In this document: piece after piece, positions 1 to 11,363 of the stretch | Layout of the letters: every line of letters begins with the position of its first letter | How positions within the stretch are numbered: position 1 is the first letter of the stretch | DNA from: Paraspadella gotoi | Lineage: Eukaryota > Animalia > Chaetognatha | Assembly (NCBI GenBank): GCA_051294375.1 | Contig: CM119267.1 | Span: 4,235,260-4,299,259 of the forward strand | Direction: 5' to 3' | Length of the DNA: 64,000 nucleotides | Position numbers and translations under genes: made by a program | The notes under the pieces: generated by a model | Told to the model about the DNA's origin: nothing | Seen by the model: only the letters and a program-made list of their open reading frames with translations | Database searches by the model: none

Positions 1-1440
1 GAGGGCCTCTCCATGCGGCACCTGTGGCGGCCGGGCGTCAAGGCTCTCCTCCGCATCATCGAGGTCATGGAGGCCAACTACCCCGAGACCCTCGGCCGGC
101 TCATCATCCTCCGGGCGCCGCGAGTGTTCCCGGTACTGTGGACGCTCGTCCATCCCTTCATCGACGAGAAGACGCGCGAAAAGTTCGTCATCTCCACCAT
201 CGTCTCCCACGGCATCAACGAAGTCGTGGAGCCGGACCAGGTGCCGGATTTTCTCGGCGGACCCGCCCGCTCCGACATCCCCGCCGGTGGGCTCGTGCCC
301 AGGTCCTACTATCACTTCCACGCCCACGACTTCGACGCGGAGCAGGACAAGGAGACGCCGACCCTCTTCGGAGAGGAAAACATCTACAAGCGGGCCTCGT
401 TGGTCAAAGGATTTCCGCACGAAGTTGCCATTCAGGTAAGAGACGCTTTTCACTCTCATCGAAGGAAATCAAAAGTTGATTCATCGAAAAAACGCGTCAT
501 TGACCATTTTTTTGTCCCCAGGTGGCCGACAAAGGGTCAGTGCTGACTTGGGACTTCGACGTTCTAAAGGGAGAAATCTCGTTCGCGGTCTTCCACTGCA
601 AAAAGGAATTGTCTTCGCCGACGGAAAACGAAGCGGAACCTCAAGGTTTTTTCGTTGTTTTGTTATTTTGATCGAATGTCAACGATCGCAACCTGTTGAG
701 CAATTATTACCTCACCTCATCAAATTGGAGCAGGTTGTGTGCCCATGGCGGCGACCACGGGTTCTCTGATGGACGGAGGGCTCCCCGGTGAAGGTGCAGC
801 GCAGCTTGTCCCCAAAGACTGGGTCGTGGGACGGGATCTTGTTGCCGCTGAAAACCCAGTTGTCTATCGGGACGGCGACAGCGTTCAAGGCTCTCACGTC
901 GCCGTCAAAGCCGGAAGCTACATCCTTCAGTGGAAGTGGATCGAAGGTGAGTGCGTTTTTTAATGTTTGTCTATGACATAGACTATGTAGTATGTACTTT
1001 CTCATGAATCACTTGCTCCATAATTTCTCCGATAGGATCTTCGAAACCTTCAACGAATCTGATCGATTTTCCAACTTTTCCCCACAAATCACGGCTCATG
1101 TACTACACGGAGCTTTTAAAATCTGAGGATTTCAAAGGCGAGTTTCTTCAAATCCTTTAGAAAAGCTTTTGTTTTTGTTGTCTTTGTTTTTGTCTAATAT
1201 ATTGGAGGCCTTAAACCACCAAAGCCTGTCCAAAGTCAGGGGCAAGATAGCTTATTTATTAAATGAATGGATAATTTTTATATTGGTTGTACCAATTTCA
1301 TATATTTTTTTCGTTTTCGGCCTCCAGGTTCGTTGTCGTCGCTTCAGTCTCTTCAGTGTTCCAGTGTGAGTCTGACGACGTCGACGAGCGGAGTCTCTGT
1401 CGCCGCCTCCTCCTCCTCCACATCATGCTCTTCGCGCTGA
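1..1440 (+). CDS. SEC14L1: SEC14-like protein 1 / real-time homolog, 3' part (CRAL-TRIO end + GOLD domain), spliced, 5' truncated by the window
   Basis: MRHLWRPGVKALLRIIEVMEANYPETLGRL..LRAPRVFPVLWTLVHPFIDE is the SEC14L1 CRAL-TRIO signature; GOLD-like SVLTWDFDVLKG, GSHV...GSYILQWK; end EDFK|GSLSSLQS...SR*. Exons approx. 1-435, 522-645, ~701-947, 1036-1137, 1328-1440. Confidence 0.92.
1203..1307 (+). repeat. Dispersed ~105-bp repeat, copy 1 (last SEC14L1 intron)
   Basis: Nearly identical (about 3 mismatches) to 14503-14607; a diverged reverse-complement copy lies at ~33431-33520. Confidence 0.85.
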
Positions 1441-3936
1441 CGACTACATTCCGTTATCATAACATCGCATTCCCTTAATACTTTTCTTCGCTCTCTCCCC
1501 AATTCTTTTTCTTTTTTTGTCATCTTTTTTATTTCAAACTCTTCGGTTATTTTTAATTCGAGTATCCGAACCCTGTCTCTCTTCCAAGATCAAGATGTTA
1601 TTATTTCTTTCATTCTTTCTTTTCAACTCATTCTCATCGTCTTTTTCTTTCCTCCTCCGCTTAAGTTCCTTGCCAACTGTACCTCTTTTCATTTTTACTC
1701 TCTACACTTTTTTTTTCCGTGCTAATTGTTTATCAACAGTGGTGCAACATTTTGCTTTTTTTAATAAGCGTTAATTAGTAAGCCATTACTTCCCTGTTGC
1801 TTATTGAATATCTTGAAGTGTTATGCCTGTTGGCGTTCGGTTTTCGTCAGGTCTTTCTCCCTCTGTGTTTACATTTATGACAAAAAAAGTTCTTCGCATT
1901 CCATCTCGATTCCCGAATCCCGGTTTTTGTCTCGCCGCCATTAAATAAAGTTTATCGTGAACCTTATTCAAATATACATCTACTTGCTTGCTAAAAAAAA
2001 AATAAAAATAAAACCTCATCTTGGCCAACATTACTCCCATATCTTGTTGATTCCCGTTATGTTGTTGAAGGTCGATGAAATGAAACCGCATGCTGTTTGA
2101 AGCACGTCGGAGTAAAAAGTATCACTTATACAAGAAAGCGCACTTGGGAATGTCGTATCTATTTCACATCTGGCTTCAAAGGCAGAAGGTTAGCCTAGAA
2201 ACCGCAAGATATAAACACACTTGTCCATGTGATAAAGTAGCACTATTGCTTTTTGCTATCTTGCTTATTGGTTATATCATCAGTAACAGTTGTTTAGCAA
2301 TGATATGCGTCTTAATGGCAAAACGATTCACTTGCCAACTTTTGTGCCAGAACACTTTCATTCCTGCCGTAATAATAATTTTTGTAAAAAAAAAAATTTA
2401 CTCTGTTTCTAAAAGTAATGCAATGAAGAAAGTTTCATTTTTTAATGAATAAAATTGCTCAAGTGCATGCGTCCCATTCCATAGACTATAGTGGTTGCAG
2501 TAGTTTATCATCTTTTTGAATTTCACGAGGATATTTTAAATGATGTAGTTTTTAAAAATACTTAATATTCAATTTTGTTTCATTTTATATGCTTCTAGTC
2601 AAAAGTAGGTCCAAATTTCTTCTTAAAGTTACTCTTTATTTTTTCGGGAAAATATTTATATTAATTCCGATTGGGTTTTGAATTCATGTCATTACATTAC
2701 ATGATAAATATTTTACATTTACCTTGGTAAAATGGACTTATGAGTAGGGACAGTTTACATAAAATCATAGTACCTTGTACCAATTCTTTTACGGTACCAC
2801 TATTATCAACAGCGGCAATGCGAGTTTGCTTCTAAGTTCTATTGGAGACAAACCCACTATTATTATATCATAGACAATAATCCAATTGTACTCCATCGAG
2901 TAGATTAGTAACGGTATTGAATGTCTATTCAGTTGGAAACTGCCACAAAATAAGTCAATTTATCGGAAGATGTCGTGAGAATTGTATTAAGTGAAATGTG
3001 ATGAATTTATCCTTTTTTTGATATTTTCGGTATATTTGTAATCTGTTGATAGTTTGTGCTATGATGTTGTTCAGTTGTTTCCAGACAAAGATATTTCTCT
3101 ACCTACATTCTAAATTCAGTTATCCACATATATAAATCTAATAAACGGCAACGATTTAACACCGATATAAATTTCTGACCGATGTGGAGACGACTGTCGC
3201 TCTGACGTGAAATTTTTTTAGTAAGAGTCATATATGGCGCTAGTTTGTAAAAAAAATTTAGTTCATTCCGTATTTCTTAGTTAATTGGGTTATCGTTACT
3301 GACTGATATTTTTATATAAATGCGATTTAAGGCTGCAGTTATTAAATAGTTTAAACTTGTGCGTTTGGCTCGGTCGCAATAACTCTTATTTATTCTCTAT
3401 TGAAGTTCAGAATTTACATCAAGTTTTGAATTTAGGTTTTTTCCAGTCCCAGTTTCCCGACGTCAGGGAAACTTGCGGGTCGCGGTGTGCAATTCGCGTG
3501 CGTAGGAAAATACTGTACGCAAGCACGTTTGGTCGGCGCCGGTGTGCCGATAGAGAAACTTCTCAATTAACCTACACACACCACCCTCTTCTTTCTATCG
3601 TAAAATAAAGGCAACTCGGTGCTTTTATTTTTAAATCATGGCATCCCTAGGAGCGAGGAGAGATTAAAATGAAGAATTTCAAAACGAGCGAGATAAGCCG
3701 TTTGGATCGAACCTTTGAGGTCGAAGGTATAAATAAAAGATAATTTTTTAATTGTAACTAAACTCCCAATTTGCAACTTTTATTTCTTTCTCCCCTGGCC
3801 GCCGAAGGAGGAAAGGAAAGGGGAGAAAGCGCGGTAGGCGCTGGAGCCCAATCTCGAAGGGGCGGAATCCGAAGCCGGGTCGGCCCTCGACGTCACCGTC
3901 ATCTCCGCGGCGCATCCCTCGTCGACGGCGGCGACG

Positions 3937-6601
3937 ATGGAGAACGGGAGGAACTTCCCACGCTATTCTTCCTTCGCTGGCGCCGGCGCCGCGAGCTCCT
4001 CTAACGGCGCCGGCGCCAGACGGAGGCAGAGAGGAGGAGGAGGTGGCCGTCCAAGGGGCCAGTTTCAAAACAATGGGTGAGGCTTGGAGCAGAGGGAAGG
4101 TTGGAGAAGATTTTTGTCCCCACCTCTTGTTATTCTTTAATCCCCAGCGGCGTTCCCCGTCCCTCGACCGACGTCGGCGCCCCGCGGTCCTCGCCGCCGC
4201 GGAATCCGCAAAAGTTCAAATCATTTTCGGACAAAAGACCGCGCACGCGCAACGGCACCGCCGCCGACGCTGCCGACACGGAAATCGACCCCGCCATTCG
4301 GAGCGCCTTCGGCTACGAACTGGAATCCGGCGATTTCGGCGATCGCAGGGGCAGGGGCGTCAGGAGGAACGACAACTTCAACCATCTCCTCAATTTTCGA
4401 TACGACGAGACGAAAAGGTTTAAAACTGTAAACATAAAATAATAAATCATAACTAGGGTATTATTACGTTATTATAGTTCCTTTTACCCTCTACCAACAG
4501 AGGGCGTGGTCGTCACGACTCTGGCCGTCAAGGCGGGCGTGGCCGGAAGACGTCGACGAGCTCTTGTCACGTGGCCTTTACCAAGGATCACTTTTTGCTC
4601 GCCAATTGCCAGTTCGACGTTAACGTCTCCGCCGATGTCGAGAGTCATCGCGTCAACCCGGATCTGCTCGTCGATTGGAACGTCGTCGAGCAGGCGAGCT
4701 GCCTAAAGACTAAATGCATCAACTGTCTCTCTCCTTTCTTATCTTATCGCATCTCTTTAGGTCCACATTCGCAGTGCCGGTGATCTCAACGTTTGCCCTA
4801 TCTGCTTGGCGCCGCCAGTGGCTCCGCAAGTAACCAAGTGCGGCCACGTATTCTGTCTCGCGTGCGCGCTGCACCACGCTGCAGGGTCGGACAAAAAGTG
4901 GGCGCCGTGCCCGATTTGCTTCGAGATGGTCTACGTGGAGGATCTGAGGTCGGCGGCGCCGCGATCGACTCGTGGCGTCGTCGTCGGCGAAACTGTCGAG
5001 TTGACGCTGATGACGTCTTCGATCGAAGGTAGGAGAGAGAACGACGACGACGGACTTCGATATTTGTTCGATTTTCATCTTAACTTTTAATTCACCTGTT
5101 CAGACCCTATTCCGCGTCCGGTTGTTCTATCCGATTTTATCACCGACCCCTTTCGTCAAATTCGCGTCGTGCAAGTCACAGATATTCTCTCTGACGTCGT
5201 GGAACCGGAAGTCGCGGCGTTGGAAGCGTCTCGCGCCGATGCCGACGTCATGGAGGCGGCGTTTATCGACCAAGCGCTGGCCATGGTCGCCGCCAGGAAG
5301 GAAAAGTTGTTGAAGGAAGACTGGGATACTGGAAATCACAATTTCATTCAAGTAATTGCTTGCAAATTATTACATGATTTTTTCTTACAAATTTGTTTAT
5401 ATTTATTTTTCAATCTTAGGCCGGAAATGAGGACGAAGTGGAGGAAAGCGTCGTAGAGGCGGTTCCATTGTCGGTCGACGGAGAGGGCGGCGACGTTGAT
5501 TGGTTCGACGAAGAACCTTTTGATAAGGAAGAGAGTGTGGAGGATTTTTGTCTAGAGGAAGGGCTCACCTTGGGTTTGGAGGAAACCAATAAAGAAAAGG
5601 CGAAAGTGATTAAAGGAAAGGAAGTCGTTGAAGCTAGAAACGAGGGCGAGGGCGAGAGCGAGGGCTCCTGCGAGCAAGCCTCGACGTCTGAGAGCGTGGA
5701 TATCGCTGAAAGATCTGCCGAAAAAGTCCCTTCGAAGCCGACCGTCGGCGAATACTACTTTTACCAGTCGAGCGACGGTCAAAAGATCTTCCTCCATTCT
5801 CTAAACTCTAAATGCCTGACCTTCGAGCACGGATCCCTCGCATCTGCTCCCCCCGTTGTTTCCGGTCGCGTTTTGCAGATCGACGAAGGCACGGTCACTT
5901 CCGGCCTGCGGCGCCGCTGTCGCTATTTGGCTTCCTTGCCAGTCAACTGCGTTTTCAGAGTGGTCGAGTTGGATCTGAAGGCGCCCTTCGTCTCCCGCGA
6001 AGCTCTGGATCACTTCGCCGACGAGTCGTCTCGTCGGCGTTTGTTGCGCCAGCAAAAGGAGCGCCACGAGCGCCGTCTCCACCGGAAGCAGCAGAAGAAG
6101 GACAAGCGCGCCAACGTAGTCATCGTTCCGTCGGAGCAACACGTCCCTCGAAGACCTGCTGAGGTTGGAGATTGCGAGGACGACGTCGTCTTTCCCGAAT
6201 ACAAGGTCGACGCCCACGTTTGGACGACGAAGACGACGACCCCGGCCAAGGAGACCGACGACGACGACCACGTGACGTCCTTTGCCCAAATGCTTCGTTC
6301 GGGCAAGGCTCAGACGGAGGCGAGTCATCGCTCGTCTAAGATGACGACGACCGGAAAGGCTTGGCCGGATTTGGGCGCCGGAAAATCCCTCCCGCCTGGA
6401 AAGGAAGTGGATCCCGAGGATGAGTCCGCCGCACACCCTCCGGCCTTCAAGGAATCGTTTTCCGATGCATTGGCCAAAGCCCTAGACGATCTCGAGGTCA
6501 AGGAAGAAGAAAAGTTGACGGATTCGTCGGTTTCGTCTACTAAGAAGAAAAAGAAAAAACCCAAGCTGCTCTTTGCCACTTCAATGCAGCCCAGGATGTA
6601 G
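3937..6601 (+). CDS. RNF10: RING finger protein 10 (E3 ligase), spliced
   Basis: NFNHLLNFRY, FTKDHFLLANCQF, NPDLLVDWNVVEQ|VH, RING CPICL...TKCGHVFCLACALH...WAPCPICF, YYFYQSSDGQKIFLHSLN, C-terminal KKKKKKPKLLFATS. The start ATG at 3937 is tentative. Exons approx. 3937-4076, 4148-4417, 4501-4693, 4761-5027, 5104-5351, 5420-6601. Confidence 0.9.
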
Positions 6602-6950
6602 TAGAATGCTACTTTTTTTGAACTATTAGACAAAAAGCAAAAACTCTGCTTGATCTTTATATATAGTCTGTTTGCGAAAAGCGATCAATTTATTCGGCGG
6701 AGCTGAGAAGAATTTGTAAAATTGTTTGTTTTATCCGCGAAAGTTGGTGAAAGATTATCAAAATTGAATTTTTTTTTTCCCATGGAAATGTAACCCTTGT
6801 AATATGTCGTATTTTTTGAAGGAATAAATCTGCTTTTTTGATTATTGGCTTTTTTTTTTCTTTTTTTTTTATCAAGATTCCAAGTTAAGATTACTTTAAA
6901 TGATTGATTCTAAAAAACTTCCCTAAAAAAGCTCAAATTTTAAAAAAAAA

Positions 6951-9206
6951 ATGGGACTTTTCCTGCTTATTCTAGTCAGAGCGACTTTTGCGTCGGCGTC
7001 GTTTCGCTCGTCGCCATCGTCGCCTCTTTTATCTTCATCATCTTTATCTCAAAATAGAACTTTATCATTACCACAATCGACATCCGCGTCGTTTCTCCCT
7101 TCTTCCCTGCCCACCGACTGCGTTGACGCATTGACTTCTGCTTGCGAGACATTCGTTTCCATGCAACAATATCTTTCCGCTTCGGCCGTATTTCGCGAGT
7201 GGCGCCAAATCTCGGAGGATGCGGCCAAGTGCGACGCGGAGTTCCATGGCTTCGTCGAACTGAGAATGCGATCAAGCTTGAGCGGGGAATCGGCGAAGGC
7301 CTTTCGCCGAGGCTGTCGTTATTCCCGAGGATTGTGCGAGCGTCTCGTCGGGAATCCCCAGTGGCGGTGGCCGTCGGATCTCTGTCGAATGGAATCGCCT
7401 CTTGGATTTCATGAATCCTGTGTCGTTCACGGAACCGTCGTGGATTGCGCCGATTCCGAGGAACCTTTCATGCAATTCCCGCTTGAAATTCCGACAAACG
7501 CGACGCAAATTTTCTTGGGGGGGAACGCGTTGACGAGCCTCTTCGAGGACGTTCTCTCTCGATTTCCAGATTTGAGAGTCTTAGATCTCTCGCGAAACCA
7601 AGTGGGAGAAATCGCGGCCGCTTCCTCCCACGATCCAATGGATTTTCCTCTGAGAACGTTGAGACTGAGCCGCAATGAATTGCGCCTCCGCGGATTGAAT
7701 CGTCGGCGAGAAATGTTTCGAAATTTCGTGGGATTGGAAAATCTATGGATGGATCACAACAATCTCACCGTAATTAATAAGTACACGTTTCGAGGACTCC
7801 GATCTTTAAAATTTTTAAATCTTGCGTCCAATTCGTTGGGACCCGTCGTGGCGAGAGCCGCCTTCGAATCGACGCCGTCGCTCGAATCCCTGAATCTATC
7901 GTCCAACGAATTTCGCAAAGTCGGCCCCTCCTCCTTCGACGCGACGACGCGGCTTCGTTCCTTGGATTTGTCACGAAATCGCCTCACGACTTTGAGTCCC
8001 CGCGCCTTCGCGGCTCTCCCGAATCTGCGAGCTTTGAATTTGCGTCACAACCACCTCGCCGTTCTGGAACCCCGCGCGCTCCATGGACTGCGCGGCCTCG
8101 AGCTCCTTGACATGGGTCGCAATCGTCTACGACGGGTACCCATTCGGGCGCTGCACGCCGTCACGGGGCTGCGCCGTCTTTTTCTCGACGCCAACGTCTT
8201 CCCGACGGTGCCGACGATGGCGTTCTACCCGCTGGTGGATCTGGTCGAGTTGAGGTTGAACCGCAATGAAAATTTGACCTCGGTCAGAAAGTGGGCCTTC
8301 GATGGGCTGTTCAACTTGGAAAAGCTCGTCCTCTCTCACAATCCTCGATTGAGCTTCGTCGACGAAGATCTCTTTCCTACTGGCGGATCTCCTAAGTTGA
8401 AGACCGTCTTTTTGAACGACAACGCGTTGACCAACTTGTCGACGAGGGCGTTCGCGGGTTCGCCCAATCTTCGCGTCGTCGACGTCTCGAAAAATCCTTT
8501 TCGCTGCGACTGTCACCTGCGTAAACTCAAGTCGTTCTTAGATTTCGAAGCGAATCGGCGAAACGCTCGGCGGGCCGAGTGGAAACAGAAGCTGCTCGAG
8601 TCGAAGCTGGAGTGCGCGGAGCCGCCCAATCTTAAGGGTCGCAACCTTTCGTTGATCGAGTTCTCGCAGCTAACTTGCAACCCCCCCGATATATTGGAGG
8701 AGCCCGAATGCGCGGCCGTGACCGTCGTATTCGGATCGGACTTTAGTCTCCGTCTTCGCGTCTCCGGCTTGGGTCGCCCCTCCGTACAGTGGTTCGACTC
8801 CCTCGCTAATCCCGTGCCCGGTGTCGCTCAGTTTTCCGCCGACGCCGCCGAATTCAACGTCGGAGGAAAGAATGTTCGCCTCGTCTACCAAAGTTCGCGC
8901 TCCTTGGCCGACGGAGAAATCGAATCAACGTTGACGATCGTCGGCGCCAACTACCTCTCCACGGGAAAGTATGTGTTCGTCGCTCGCAACGCTGGTGGGC
9001 GAACCGTGAGGACCTACTACGTGGTAGTGAAGACGCGGGCCGGAATGGGCGCCTCGGCGATGGGCGGGGACTCTCATTCCGCCTGGCATCGTCGGCGAAG
9101 CATTTTGCTTATGGTGTTGTTGACCTTGATAATATGCTTCGCCTGCATCTTTCAGAAACAGATTCACAGGTTCAGATACACCCCGAAAAGAAATTCCAAC
9201 AACTGA
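6951..9206 (+). CDS. Single-exon LRR + LRRCT + Ig-like type I membrane protein (LIG/LRRN-like)
   Basis: 751-aa ORF: hydrophobic N-terminus, about 13 LxxLxLxxNxL repeats, LRRCT NPFRCDC...CAEPPNLKG, Ig-like VQWF...LTIVGANYLSTGKYVFVARNAGG, TM ILLMVLLTLIICFACIF, short basic tail. Confidence 0.88.
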   Translation: MGLFLLILVRATFASASFRSSPSSPLLSSSSLSQNRTLSLPQSTSASFLPSSLPTDCVDALTSACETFVSMQQYLSASAVFREWRQISEDAAKCDAEFHGFVELRMRSSLSGESAKAFRRGCRYSRGLCERLVGNPQWRWPSDLCRMESPLGFHESCVVHGTVVDCADSEEPFMQFPLEIPTNATQIFLGGNALTSLFEDVLSRFPDLRVLDLSRNQVGEIAAASSHDPMDFPLRTLRLSRNELRLRGLNRRREMFRNFVGLENLWMDHNNLTVINKYTFRGLRSLKFLNLASNSLGPVVARAAFESTPSLESLNLSSNEFRKVGPSSFDATTRLRSLDLSRNRLTTLSPRAFAALPNLRALNLRHNHLAVLEPRALHGLRGLELLDMGRNRLRRVPIRALHAVTGLRRLFLDANVFPTVPTMAFYPLVDLVELRLNRNENLTSVRKWAFDGLFNLEKLVLSHNPRLSFVDEDLFPTGGSPKLKTVFLNDNALTNLSTRAFAGSPNLRVVDVSKNPFRCDCHLRKLKSFLDFEANRRNARRAEWKQKLLESKLECAEPPNLKGRNLSLIEFSQLTCNPPDILEEPECAAVTVVFGSDFSLRLRVSGLGRPSVQWFDSLANPVPGVAQFSADAAEFNVGGKNVRLVYQSSRSLADGEIESTLTIVGANYLSTGKYVFVARNAGGRTVRTYYVVVKTRAGMGASAMGGDSHSAWHRRRSILLMVLLTLIICFACIFQKQIHRFRYTPKRNSNN

Positions 9207-9715
9207 CATGTCGACAAGGCGAATATTATTTTTTCTTGTGCAATATTACTTACTTGGGGACAATGAATTGCTAACTGTGGTTGAAAAAATATTTTTAAGA
9301 AGAATGTTTTGTCAACTCGTGAGCTCATGATTAACTATTTATATGTAGTTGCTGAGAATATATTTTCGTTTCGGAATGTCGTATGTTGTAGTCGTTATTG
9401 GCGTTACTGTGATAATGATTTATGAAGGGATTAGTTAAAAAGCTTTCAAGCCATCAATTAGTCTTTTACAAGCATGACAATAAAAATACCCACTAGTCAC
9501 TAGTGAAGGGGTCTCTTGAAACCGATTTAATCGATTCATATCACTGCATGATATGTTTATTGTTATTTTATTTATTAGACTGTCTCCCAACTGTGAATAA
9601 ATCGTTTTCCATCTTCTGTTTTTAAAATATGAAATTAAAATTCGCATTTTGTCTTCCATTGGTTTTTCCTTTTGTTACTTGACGCCTCGTTTAATTCTCT
9701 TCATTTATTAAGGGA

Positions 9716-11019
9716 ATGGCGGATACTCATTTTCATTCGGGACAGCGAGTGTATTTTCACGATGGTGAGACTACGTAAATATTTTGACTTTTTCCTTATT
9801 TTTATTCATAAATCGGATAATCAAATTCGAGAATTTTTCCTGTTTTTAAAGTTGAGAGCGGTGCTAAAAACTGGGCAAGAATATTATGGATAGGGAAATT
9901 ACCGCCACAAAACGGGCAAGATTTAGGCACTCTGGCCGGAGTCGAACTAGAAAACCCCATTGGGCAAGGAAATGGAATGCACAAAGGAAAAAGATATTTT
10001 ACGGTACGTCCCAAACCAAAGCTAATTTTGATGGGAGAGGCAGGGAGCATAAATGTTTTTCATTCCCATTTTGCGCTCAGGCACGTGACGGTCACGCCGC
10101 TTTCGTCCCTTTGACTTTGTTAAAAGCCCCCGTCGACGAAAACGGGATAACGCCTGCTAATTATAACGATTTTAAATATAACGGATTCGAGAGGCCCACC
10201 GCCGATCTAGTTCATGCCAAAAGGAACGCCCCCCTCGGTGCCATCGGCGCGCCGGTTCCGCTTCAGAAACGGGATGTGTCGCCGTTTCCCGACGACGACG
10301 CCGTCTTCGAATCCGACGACGATTTGGACGAAAAACTCGATCTGAATTTCGTGGAAATGGGGCGAAGAATCCAAATGCTGCGCGAGATCCGCGCCAACGA
10401 AAACCTCGTCGCCGAAACGATCGAGCGAGTCGAGACGGTCGATCCCGGAACCGGCGTCCGTGAATCTTCCGACGCTTGGTCCAAAGTGGCGGAGAATTTG
10501 AAAAGCGCCCCGTCGAAGGTGCAAGAGAATTTGATAGTGGAAAAAGCGGGCCCAATCGGTAAAAAAAATTTCATTGGCTTATAATTATATGACAAGAACT
10601 TTTAACTAGATACTACATTTTTTTGCAGTTCCAAAGAAAAAAGAAAAAACTCCAGTTTATGACAAAGAATTGGCGGAAAAACATCCTAATTATAAAAAGA
10701 CGATGTGTTATTTCTATCAAAAAGGGGTGAGATGTAATGCGAATGATTTCTCTATTCCCGATTTCACAATTTTTACGAAGTTTCACGAGTCCGCAGTTAA
10801 TTTTTTAATTTTGATAATTTTAATATTTTTAATCAGATTAAATGCAATCATGGGGATCGTTGTTTATACGCTCACGGAGAGAAAGAACTTCGTCCCGACA
10901 CGAAACCTAAAACTTCAACGAAATCTGTTCTTTGCGTGTATCACATGCATGGAATTTGTAGGAATGGCGATAATTGTGGTTTCGCCCACGGTCCTCATCA
11001 ATTATACCGGCCGAGATGA
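9716..11019 (+). CDS. CAP-Gly domain + tandem CCCH zinc-finger protein (319 aa), 5 exons
   Basis: Exons 9716-9764, 9852-10003, 10081-10558, 10629-10726, 10837-11019 join through GT-AG introns into 960 nt in frame. N-terminus GQRVYFHD..ARILWIG..LAGVELENPIGQGNGMHKGKRYFTARDGHAAFVPL (CAP-Gly-like); C-terminus YKKTMCYFYQKGIKCNHGDRCLYAHGEKELR and KSVLCVYHMHGICRNGDNCGFAHG. Confidence 0.82.
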
Positions 11020-11363
11020 ACGTCGTATTTTTTTGATTATATTGCGACTCCTACATTTAATAATTTCTAAGAAATGAGGGTTTATCCGCGTCTTAATTAT
11101 TAACCGTGAATTAAGGAAATTTAAGGCTTCCGGAACAATGGAAGACTCGAACCAGTATTTGAATTTGAATTTTTTTGAAAAATTGAATCAACTTTTTACG
11201 CCGAATTTACTAGAAAGAGTTGGTCGAGACGGAGCTCATCAAAAAGGAATTGTTTGTTAATTTTTATAAATGTTATATATTTTATGACATGTCCTTAATC
11301 GTCATGAATCGTTATTTGGTTCAACGAATATCTAATTTTTAGGTACTCTCTTAATTAAATATT

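Noticed and set aside
3669-3726. Upstream ATG exon as the RNF10 start
   Set aside because: I could not join it in frame to the conserved RNF10 exons; more likely 5' UTR or a uORF.
5801-6436. Long minus-strand ORFs over RNF10 (likewise over the LRR-Ig gene, KIF3A and DMXL)
   Set aside because: Antisense shadows of GC-rich coding exons with no recognisable motifs.
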